Source: Bacillota bacterium (GTDB lineage: Bacteria; Bacillota; Limnochordia; Darwinibacteriales; DTU012). Taken from it: DNA of 22,000 nucleotides. The notes below the pieces were generated by a model. The model was given only the letters and a program-made list of their open reading frames with translations, did not search any database and was not told the DNA's origin. The stretch spans positions 1 to 22,000 of the forward strand of contig JAAYLQ010000154.1 in NCBI GenBank assembly GCA_012521805.1, written 5' to 3'. A program made the translations under genes and the position numbers. Position 1 is the stretch's first letter. Each line of letters begins with the position of its first letter. Shown here one piece after another: positions 15,953-22,000 of this stretch.

Positions 15953-16044
15953 TATCTTCAACCATTATCTAACACCTGCCATATCTCAGCAGGGATAAGA
16001 ATAAAATCGAAGTAGTTATAGCGGCAGGCTGTAGCTACTTTTTC
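15953..16044 (+). ncRNA. Candidate ~90-nt small RNA bounded by a TGnTATAAT promoter and an intrinsic terminator (speculative)
   Basis: The -10 at 15941-15946 predicts a TSS near 15953. A 5-bp hairpin is formed by cctgc (15975-15979) and gcagg (15989-15993). A terminator follows at 16010-16044. There is no ORF longer than 3 codons. Confidence 0.25.
16010..16044 (+). terminator. Rho-independent terminator (ends the fabZ-lpxB-lptB operon and/or the candidate sRNA)
   Basis: 12-bp stem aagtagttatag (16010-16021) pairs with ctgtagctactt (16029-16040), including two G-U pairs. The loop is cggcagg and the stem is followed by tttc. Confidence 0.7.
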
Positions 16045-16186
16045 TTACATAAACCACCCTCAAAAAAAATAAATTTTGTAGAAGGAATATACTTGAGAAG
16101 TGTAGAAAGAAAGAAAAAGATGATGTTGTGAAATCGGTCTTTTTCCTTTTTTTCTAACCTCTGTAAAATTGATGGGAAAGGGGGAA

Positions 16187-16214
16187 TTACTGCTTATACA
16201 TAAAGCATTATACT
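16187..16214 (+). promoter_or_regulatory. Possible promoter for the OmpM-like gene (-35 ttactg, 16-bp spacer, -10 tatact)
   Basis: ttactg at 16187-16192 and tatact at 16209-16214. This would give a ~120-nt leader containing the 16241-16292 stem-loop. It is the best of several weak candidates in the spacer. Confidence 0.3.
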
Positions 16215-16342
16215 ATTAACAGAGGTGATAAAAAATCGGCAGTAAAGCAGTACGGAGAGGAAACACAGGGAAACTCGTTTGTACGCTTTACTAAACTGAT
16301 TACCAGAAGTTAGGTAAAATATCAATTAGGAGGTTATTGCTG

Positions 16343-18943
16343 ATGAACTCTAAAAAAGTTTCTGCAGTATTAGCAGCGATATTAGTTCTTGCGCTGTCTG
16401 CATCTGTATTCGCAGCTAATCCTTTTTCAGATGTACCTGCACATCACTGGGCTTACGACTCAATAACTAAGTTAGCTGCTGTAGGCTTAGTCGAAGGCTA
16501 TCCTGATGGTACATTTGGTGGAACAAGAACCATGACTCGTTATGAAGCTGCTATGGTGTTTGCTCGTGCTTTAGCTAGATTGGAAGCATTAGTAGAAAGC
16601 CAAGTTGTTTCCAACACTGCTGGCGTTCAAGAGCGCATCACCGCTGACATTTTAGCTGAGTTAGAATCAGTCACAGATGAGTTGGCTGCTCTGATTGAAG
16701 CTAAACTTGCTGATCTGGACGTTGTGGTTAAGGAAGCAGTTGCAGAAGAACTTACAGCAGCTGGTCTGCAGTCTGCTGATCGTCCGTTTGTAATGAGTGA
16801 GGAAGCTGAGGCTGTGCTCGCTGAATTAGTTGGCGAATTAACCAAAGCTTATTTGGCTGAAGCTAAGGAATTAGCAACAGAGACAATCGTTGAAACTGGT
16901 GTTATCGAAAGAGTTGTAGTTGAAGATGTGGATGAAGCTGTTGTTAAAGCTATCGCAGAGGAAGTATTAGCTTCCAGCTTATGGGCTATTGAAGATGAAA
17001 TCTTCGACAACGCTCAATATGTCGAAATGGTTACCAGCAGAATTAACGACCGTTTAGGCCGTGTAACCAGAGACGTTGATGTGATCGCTGCTTCTTATGT
17101 AAGTAAAGACGAAGTTGAAGATCGCTTTTATGATCTTGAGTCTGCTATTGAAAGCAATGCTGATTACGTCACTATGGTAACCAACCGCATTAATGATCGT
17201 TTAGGTCGGGTAACCAAGGATGTTGATGGCTTAAAAGCTGCTCGTACAGAGGATCTCAACACTGTCAATGGCTTAATTGCTGCACTTCAAGGCGATGTAG
17301 CTGCACTCCAGGAAGCTTTGGATGCAGAAGTATTGGCCCTGACAAACACATTTACTAAAGTTAACGATGAGTTTGCTGACGAGCTGGCTCTTCTCGGCGT
17401 GCGTGTAGATGATTTAGAAAAACTCTATGCTAATCTTGACAGCCGTGTTACTGATGTTGAAGCTTCTGTAGCTGAAGTTGAAGCTTCTGTAGCTGAAGTT
17501 GAGGCTGCTGTAGCTGAATTAGATGCTAAAGTAGATGAAGCAACCAAAGTTAAATTAGCAGGTTCAGTTAAGTATGAAACTGGTAAAACCAAAATTACCA
17601 CTGTGGTTGGTGAAAACACCGTTGAGCTGGACAATGCTCAAGGCATCTTAAACAATTACAGCAAAGACTTAAAGTCTGATACCAATCTTGAAGTAAACTT
17701 GAGTGCTCGTTTAAGCGAGGGCACCACTGTTAACTTAACATTAGGCGGCAAGACAGATCTTCCAGCAACTGTTGATAGCCTGAATAAGTATGTACTTGAA
17801 GTAGTAAGCGATACTCCAGTTAATCGCTTTGCGGTAGGTACAGTTGGTGAAGATGTACCTGCAAGATTTGACACTAATGCTTTAGCTGTTAAACCTGATA
17901 GAGGTGCGGTAGCTGACATCGCTTTAGGTGATCTCAATCTCTATGCTCTTGCAGGCCAAAGAGCAGATGACGGTATGTTAGCATTAGGTGCTAAATACTC
18001 ACTGGTTCCAGCGTTTGGCTTTAAACTGACCGGTGCTGCCTACACTGAGAAAGATTTAAATTATGCTGATGAAACTGCTGTAGCTGCAGGCTTGTTTGGT
18101 ACAGTTTTGGGCGTAGATTATGACGTTAAAGTTGCATTGGATCGCTTCAAAGCTGAAGATGCAGATGAAGGTGACGACGAAAGCAAGAGCCTGACCAATA
18201 ACATGCTCTTCGACGTAAACCTTGGCGCTGATCTCGGCCTGGTAAGCGTTGACGCTGGCTGGACCAGAGCTGGTGCGGATTTTGGTACTGGCAAGCTGAC
18301 TGGTAAAGGTTTCTTTGACAGCAATGCCCAGACCAGACTGCGCCTCGATGCTGGTGCTGATCTGTTTGGTGTTGATCTGCAGGCAGCTACTTATCTTGAA
18401 CAAGATTCCAATGGCGATAACCTGATCAGCGCTGCAATGCTGAATGCTGGTTATGAATTTAATCTCTTCCTGCCAATTAACCTCGCTGGTGCGTATGGCT
18501 GGAAGGCGCCTCAAGATCCAAGTGCAGAAAACGATGTTCACACCCAACTTAAAGTTGGTACTGGTTTAGACCTGTTTGGCGTTGATGTAGATGGAAGCTT
18601 CACCTATGTGAACAACTACATTGATGGTGACTGGCGCAATCCAGGAAATTGGTTGGGTAAAGATCTGAACTTAGTAAATGTTACCCTTGGTTATAATGCT
18701 GATAACTTCGGCGGTGCTAATTTAGATTTAGGCTATAACTTTGAGTTAGCTATTCCAAGAGATGATGCTACTGCTGATGTGTTTGGCAACCAAATGACCC
18801 ATATCTTATCTGCTGGTTACGGTTTTGCAGATGGAATGAAATTAAATATGTCTGCTAAGAGAGTTAACATCAACTCTGCAGAAGAAAATGTTCCTGCAGT
18901 TAATGTTAACGAACTCAAAGCTGGCTTAGAATTCTCATTCTAA
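16343..18943 (+). CDS. OmpM-type OM-peptidoglycan tether/porin: SLH domain, ~320-aa coiled-coil linker, C-terminal beta-barrel
   Basis: I prefer the ATG at 16343 (SD aggagg at 16328-16333, 9-nt spacer). Signal peptide (VLAAILVLALSASVFA/ANP). Canonical SLH domain FSDVPAHHWAYDSITKLAAVGLVEGYPDGTFGGTRTMTRYEAAMVFARAL. An A/E/V/L/D-rich heptad region spans nt ~16590-17550. The G/D/N/Y-rich barrel ends in the beta-signal LKAGLEFSF. Codon usage is strongly biased to GCT/GTT/GGT/GAA, and the gene is flanked by a strong terminator, which suggests high expression. Confidence 0.85.
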   Translation: MNSKKVSAVLAAILVLALSASVFAANPFSDVPAHHWAYDSITKLAAVGLVEGYPDGTFGGTRTMTRYEAAMVFARALARLEALVESQVVSNTAGVQERITADILAELESVTDELAALIEAKLADLDVVVKEAVAEELTAAGLQSADRPFVMSEEAEAVLAELVGELTKAYLAEAKELATETIVETGVIERVVVEDVDEAVVKAIAEEVLASSLWAIEDEIFDNAQYVEMVTSRINDRLGRVTRDVDVIAASYVSKDEVEDRFYDLESAIESNADYVTMVTNRINDRLGRVTKDVDGLKAARTEDLNTVNGLIAALQGDVAALQEALDAEVLALTNTFTKVNDEFADELALLGVRVDDLEKLYANLDSRVTDVEASVAEVEASVAEVEAAVAELDAKVDEATKVKLAGSVKYETGKTKITTVVGENTVELDNAQGILNNYSKDLKSDTNLEVNLSARLSEGTTVNLTLGGKTDLPATVDSLNKYVLEVVSDTPVNRFAVGTVGEDVPARFDTNALAVKPDRGAVADIALGDLNLYALAGQRADDGMLALGAKYSLVPAFGFKLTGAAYTEKDLNYADETAVAAGLFGTVLGVDYDVKVALDRFKAEDADEGDDESKSLTNNMLFDVNLGADLGLVSVDAGWTRAGADFGTGKLTGKGFFDSNAQTRLRLDAGADLFGVDLQAATYLEQDSNGDNLISAAMLNAGYEFNLFLPINLAGAYGWKAPQDPSAENDVHTQLKVGTGLDLFGVDVDGSFTYVNNYIDGDWRNPGNWLGKDLNLVNVTLGYNADNFGGANLDLGYNFELAIPRDDATADVFGNQMTHILSAGYGFADGMKLNMSAKRVNINSAEENVPAVNVNELKAGLEFSF
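17456..17518 (+). repeat. 3 x 21-bp tandem repeat encoding heptads VEASVAE/VEASVAE/VEAAVAE inside the OmpM linker
   Basis: gttgaagcttctgtagctgaa occurs at 17456-17476 and, identically, at 17477-17497. The third copy gttgaggctgctgtagctgaa (17498-17518) has 2 substitutions. Confidence 0.9.
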
Positions 18944-18963
18944 AGCAGAGCTGTCGTTGTATG

Positions 18964-18996
18964 AAAATACCCACACGTTTAGTGTGGGTATTTTTT
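18964..18996 (+). terminator. Strong rho-independent terminator after the OmpM-like gene
   Basis: 13-bp perfect stem aaaatacccacac (18964-18976) pairs with gtgtgggtatttt (18982-18994). The loop is gttta and the T-run extends to 18996. Confidence 0.9.
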
Positions 18997-19046
18997 ACGC
19001 TCAAAAAAATATTCTTTACAGCGAATTGATACAGTAGGGGTGAATT

Positions 19047-19454
19047 ATGGAAGTTAAGAAAGGACCAATTTTAGCAGTTGATCCCGGCAGGGAGAAATGC
19101 GGCGTAGCGATAGTGGATGAAGGCAAAACACTGCTGCAGGAGGTGGTTGCCCGCGCAAGTATAATGGAAAGACTAAGCTCAATTATGCCAGCTTCTGGAC
19201 CAATAGTCGTTGGTGATCGTACTGGAAGCAAAACTTTTATCCAGGAATTAAAAGCTGCGATACCAGCAGCAGCGAATCGAATAGTTACGGTGAATGAACA
19301 TCTCTCCAGTGTTGAAGCCCGGTCACTGTATTGGCAGAATAATCCTCCTCGGGGATGGCGCAGACTTCTTCCCGTCTCACTGCAGACACCACCGGTGCCA
19401 ATAGATGATTATGTGGCAGTAATTTTAGCACACCGCTACTTGGATGGAAAATAG
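19047..19454 (+). CDS. YqgF/RuvX-like RNase H-fold nuclease (divergent)
   Basis: SD aggggtga. The N-terminal ILAVDPGREKCGVAIVDE matches the LGxDxGxxxxGVAxxD pattern. VVGDRTGS, VNEHLSSVEAR and the C-terminal DDYVAVILAHRYL fit the YqgF-family layout. The assignment is to family only. Confidence 0.55.
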   Translation: MEVKKGPILAVDPGREKCGVAIVDEGKTLLQEVVARASIMERLSSIMPASGPIVVGDRTGSKTFIQELKAAIPAAANRIVTVNEHLSSVEARSLYWQNNPPRGWRRLLPVSLQTPPVPIDDYVAVILAHRYLDGK

Positions 19455-19545
19455 CGGCAATCTCACAAATAACTTGAATTAAGAAGGATTTGAGGCAGTT
19501 TTGGCGAAATTTAGATCAAGATAAACAGTGAAAAGGGGGGTTGTT

Positions 19546-20751
19546 GTGAACAGGAAATATGGCATCGTTTTCCTTGTGATAATGATGTTCCTTGTAATGC
19601 TGACAACAACCTGCTCTGCACAAGAACAAGTCACTGCCAAGTGGGTCTATGAGGCTATTAATTATTTGAATGATCGGCCATTTGGAGATTTTTATACCGA
19701 TATCGATCCTGAAAATCGCTATCAAGTTTCATTAGCGATAGCGAATACAATTCAAAGCTTAGATCGCAGTGAGAGTTCACGCATTCAGCGCTTTGGTATA
19801 AGCAGAAGAATCAGTCTCCAGGATATGATTGTTGAGTACAATTTAACCGCTGCAGAGGATTTGCAGCTTTCGAATCAGCAGATCCTAGCTTTAACTGCTT
19901 TGGCTGTTGAATACCACAATGAATTGAATGTACTCGGCTACTGGATTGAAGACTTAAGTCCAAATAATCCGCTTGATATTAATTCGCAGAAAACAGAGGA
20001 TGAACTGCCAGATTCAATGATTGCTTTCAGCGGTAATGTTGTCCTTTCCCAACCTGGGACTGGGCAGACAGCCGCCGCTTTAAATCGGGAACGAGTTTTG
20101 AGCAAATACTTTGGCGATGATGATAAAAACACGCAAATTCTGATCAACAATTTAATTCCGCTTTGGTCTTCTGATTGGTATATTGGGGCTGGGTTGGCGT
20201 TATCAGAGGAGAGAGATGCAGATAATGAGGCCACTGGTTATGCTGGTATTGTAGGCGAATATCTAATAAACAAAGATGTGGTTCTTGAGGGGCAGTATCT
20301 GCACAACTTAGCGCAGCCGCTGGACCCAGGTATTCTCCAGTTAGGGGCCAGGGGTCGATTTGGCAATATGGAGCTGAGGGGATTAGTCCAGACTCAGGAT
20401 AATGAAGAGCTTGGTGCTATGGCCAGCTTAGATCTTATTTATGGAGGACCAAACTCCCTTTCAATTCGAGCAGGATATAACGCAAACTTGAAGACAATTT
20501 CTCAGCTGAGCACCAGCATAGATGTGGACATCCCTATTCCTCAGGGTCGCATTATGCTGGGTGTGTCGCAAGAATGGAATCAGGACCACAACTTCGACGA
20601 GGATGATCCTGATAAGTTGACAGATCAAACCAAGGCATCGATAGAATTTAACTACGATTTTTCTCAGGAGATGTCATTTAAATTAGACTATCGATTGATT
20701 GATTTTAGTGATGTTGATCGGGCGTTCGCGGGATTTTCCATCAGATTCTAG
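19546..20751 (+). CDS. Outer-membrane beta-barrel protein with a degenerate SLH-like N-terminal domain (OmpM paralogue candidate)
   Basis: I prefer the GTG at 19546 (SD aagggggg, 5 nt upstream) over the listed GTG at 19528. Signal peptide IVFLVIMMFLVMLTTTCSA/QE. AKWVYEAINYLNDRPFGDFYTDIDPENRYQVSLAIANTIQSL (nt 19636-19761) aligns by eye to the W-x-Y-x-x-I-x-x-L...R-x-x-x-A pattern of the SLH domain of the 16343 gene. The C-terminal beta-signal FAGFSIRF is present. Confidence 0.6.
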   Translation: MNRKYGIVFLVIMMFLVMLTTTCSAQEQVTAKWVYEAINYLNDRPFGDFYTDIDPENRYQVSLAIANTIQSLDRSESSRIQRFGISRRISLQDMIVEYNLTAAEDLQLSNQQILALTALAVEYHNELNVLGYWIEDLSPNNPLDINSQKTEDELPDSMIAFSGNVVLSQPGTGQTAAALNRERVLSKYFGDDDKNTQILINNLIPLWSSDWYIGAGLALSEERDADNEATGYAGIVGEYLINKDVVLEGQYLHNLAQPLDPGILQLGARGRFGNMELRGLVQTQDNEELGAMASLDLIYGGPNSLSIRAGYNANLKTISQLSTSIDVDIPIPQGRIMLGVSQEWNQDHNFDEDDPDKLTDQTKASIEFNYDFSQEMSFKLDYRLIDFSDVDRAFAGFSIRF

Positions 20752-20765
20752 CAAGGAGGAACACT

Positions 20766-21689
20766 ATGAAACTAAAGCTTGTAAGCTGTCTTTTAATTCT
20801 GGGTATGCTGGTAAGTTCATTTACTGCGGCCGCTCAAACCAGCACATCTCCCTTGTCGGTTCTTAATGAATTAGAAAGGGTGCTGTATGGAGATGCGCGT
20901 AAAGGTGCCTTACTCAGTCGTGTTGAAGATTTAGAGATGGAAATATTTGGTTCGCCCCAATCTGGACCAGTGATGACACGCATTGACCGCATTGATGATT
21001 ACCTATCCGGTGATCTGCATGGAACTGGTCTTAAGCTGCAGTTAAATCTGGTTGAATGGGGTTTTTTAGAACAGCTGGCTACAAGCGAACCGCTGATGAG
21101 CCGACTGGAGAGAATAGAACTAGAGTTTATTGGCGAGCTGCAGCAGGGTGCTATTGCTGATCGTCTCGAACAGCTGATGCTGTATATCTGGGGTACCACC
21201 AAACTGGATATGGTACCTGTAAAGATCCCAGCATCTACTTTAGTTGAGATTCAGCTGTTAACTTCTGTTGATTCGGCCCTCAATAAAGTTGGCGATCAGG
21301 TTAAGTATAAGGTAGCATCTGATGTAATCGTTGATGGTCGAATTGTTATTCCCAAGGGTACTTTGGGAGTGGGCAAAATAACAGAAGTAAGCAGTGCAGG
21401 CAATCTAGGCAAAAATGGTCGGATTGTAATTGACTTTGGAGCAGTTCAGTCGTTTGATGGGCGCAATATCAGACTGGCGATTGCAGAGAAGGCCTTGGAG
21501 CAGAACAGCCGCTTGGAATTGGCTGCCGGTGCAAGTATGGCAGGGGTACTGCTCTTGGGACCGATCGGATTGGTAGGCGGCTACTTTGTTAAAGGCCAGG
21601 ACGTGCAGATCCAGGCTGGCTCTAAATTCTTTGTTGAAACCGAATTGGATTATCAAGTGTTAGGCTTTCGTTTGGTTCCAGTGCGATAA
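20766..21689 (+). CDS. Secreted protein: six ~20-aa helical repeats, a TrbI/VirB10-like beta domain, and a Gly-zipper segment
   Basis: SD aaggagg. Signal peptide LLILGMLVSSFTAAA/QT. Repeats of the form h-x-x-R-h-x-x-h-E-x-x-h-x-G (LNELERVLYG, LLSRVEDLEMEIFG, VMTRIDRIDDYLSG, LMSRLERIELEFIG, IADRLEQLMLYIWG). IPASTLVEIQLLTSVDSALNKVGDQVKYKVASDVIVDGRIVIPKGTLGVGKI...GRIVIDFGAVQSFDGRNIRL and the terminal VQIQAGSKFFVETELD follow the TrbI/VirB10 C-terminal domain pattern. A Gly-zipper segment GASMAGVLLLGPIGLVGG is also present. Confidence 0.55.
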   Translation: MKLKLVSCLLILGMLVSSFTAAAQTSTSPLSVLNELERVLYGDARKGALLSRVEDLEMEIFGSPQSGPVMTRIDRIDDYLSGDLHGTGLKLQLNLVEWGFLEQLATSEPLMSRLERIELEFIGELQQGAIADRLEQLMLYIWGTTKLDMVPVKIPASTLVEIQLLTSVDSALNKVGDQVKYKVASDVIVDGRIVIPKGTLGVGKITEVSSAGNLGKNGRIVIDFGAVQSFDGRNIRLAIAEKALEQNSRLELAAGASMAGVLLLGPIGLVGGYFVKGQDVQIQAGSKFFVETELDYQVLGFRLVPVR

Positions 21690-21715
21690 AATGTACTTAT
21701 CACTATGGGAGCACC

Positions 21716-21747
21716 GAAAAACCGCTGGTGTGGCGGTTTTTCTTTTT
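21716..21747 (+). terminator. Rho-independent terminator
   Basis: Stem gaaaaaccgc (21716-21725) pairs with gcggtttttc (21733-21742). The loop is tggtgtg and the stem is followed by ttttt. Confidence 0.85.
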
Positions 21748-21838
21748 GTAAATCACGATATTTGCAGGAATATGCATAGTTGGAGCCGAAGAAACGTTTA
21801 TGTTCAAGGAAGAATTTTTAGTTTGTGGGGGTTGTCCA

Positions 21839-22000
21839 ATGAACCGTTCAAGAACAGCAAGATCACGAATAGTTCTCATTTTATCTGTTTTGATGTTGTT
21901 CTTTACATGTACCGATGCAGCAGATGCTGTCGTTAATTATCAATTGGGTGTAGGCGATGTATTAGAGATCACAGTTTGGGGACACCCAGAACTAAGAACA
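21839..22000 (+). CDS. Polysaccharide export outer membrane protein, Wza/Poly_export family (3'-partial, runs off the window)
   Basis: This ORF is not in the supplied track because no stop lies within the window. The ATG at 21839 is preceded by tgggggt. It has 54 open codons: MNRSRTARSRIVLILSVLMLFFTCTDAADAVVNYQLGVGDVLEITVWGHPELRT. After the signal peptide comes the Poly_export signature Y-x-L-G-x-G-D-x-L-x-I-x-V-W-x-x-P-E-L. Confidence 0.7.
   Translation, partial: MNRSRTARSRIVLILSVLMLFFTCTDAADAVVNYQLGVGDVLEITVWGHPELRT

Noticed and set aside
17456-17518. A 21-bp tandem repeat, considered as a possible CRISPR-like or regulatory array
   Set aside because: It is in frame within the OmpM coiled coil and encodes whole heptads. 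There are no spacers and no cas genes. It is reported as a coding repeat only.
18056-18547. Minus-strand 163-aa ORF (and a 68-aa neighbour), antisense to the OmpM barrel
   Set aside because: This is a shadow ORF within a strongly supported, codon-biased + strand gene. It has no RBS or promoter and no recognisable motifs. The same applies to the other minus-strand ORFs in the track: 231-428, 2297-2512, 2763-2951, 2964-3155, 3509-3784, 5571-5768, 9094-9282, 9490-9708, 11917-12174, 14312-14533, 15589-15831, 16627-16845, 17425-17634, 17656-17937, 19016-19231, 19516-19725, 19938-20234, 20999-21202 and 21405-21656.
21691-21936. Listed + strand 81-aa ORF immediately after the 307-aa gene
   Set aside because: It starts 2 nt after the previous stop with no SD, and it reads straight through the 21716-21747 terminator hairpin. 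Its sequence is Cys/Arg/His-rich and low in plausibility. It also overlaps, out of frame, the much better supported Wza-like start at 21839.
1-22000. A search for mobile elements, tRNA/rRNA genes, prophage genes, toxin-antitoxin or defence genes
   Set aside because: I recognised no transposase, integrase or recombinase motifs, no long inverted terminal repeats, no cloverleaf-like tRNA sequences and no nuclease/helicase defence signatures. The only nuclease-like gene is the YqgF/RuvX-type housekeeping fold at 19047.

Overview
All credible genes in this window lie on the + strand, and together they form a 22 kb outer-membrane (OM) biogenesis supercluster. The gene content is typical of a diderm member of the Firmicutes/Terrabacteria, such as Halanaerobiales or Negativicutes; this lineage guess rests only on gene content and on the SLH-anchored porin. 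There are about 20 genes in roughly 8 transcription units, separated by clear rho-independent terminators.

Gene order:
- bamA, 5'-partial, apparently with only three POTRA domains.
- skp, a membrane-anchored coiled-coil gene, then a second skp.
- Two small signal-peptide beta-barrel OMPs.
- A single lptF/G-family permease, lptD, lptC and lptA.
- An orphan ABC pair: a 715-aa 1+3-TM protein with a giant ectodomain, plus a GlnQ-like ATPase.
- fabZ, lpxB, lptB and a DUF3084-like membrane coiled-coil protein.
- A 426-bp AT-rich spacer.
- An 866-aa OmpM-type protein (SLH domain, coiled coil, porin).
- A YqgF/RuvX-like nuclease.
- A second beta-barrel with a degenerate SLH-like head.
- A secreted repeat protein with a TrbI/VirB10-like C-terminal domain.
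- The 5' end of a Wza-type polysaccharide exporter.

I found no rRNA, tRNA, CRISPR array, transposase or integrase.

The best candidate for an undescribed system is the ABC pair at 9455-12343. It combines FtsX/MacB-like topology, a truncated type-I-importer TMD ending in an EAA-like motif, and a polar-amino-acid-type NBD. It has its own promoter, sits in the middle of the LPS-transport genes, and has no cognate binding-protein gene nearby.

Secondary items:
- The uncharacterised OMP pair co-transcribed with lptF and lptD.
- A terminator hairpin that carries a promoter -10 box in its loop and the next gene's Shine-Dalgarno in its 3' arm.
- A possible ~90-nt sRNA.
- The unusually long, internally repetitive OmpM linker.
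- The SLH-like barrel plus VirB10-like gene pair.

All homology statements come from motif recognition by eye. No database search was run.
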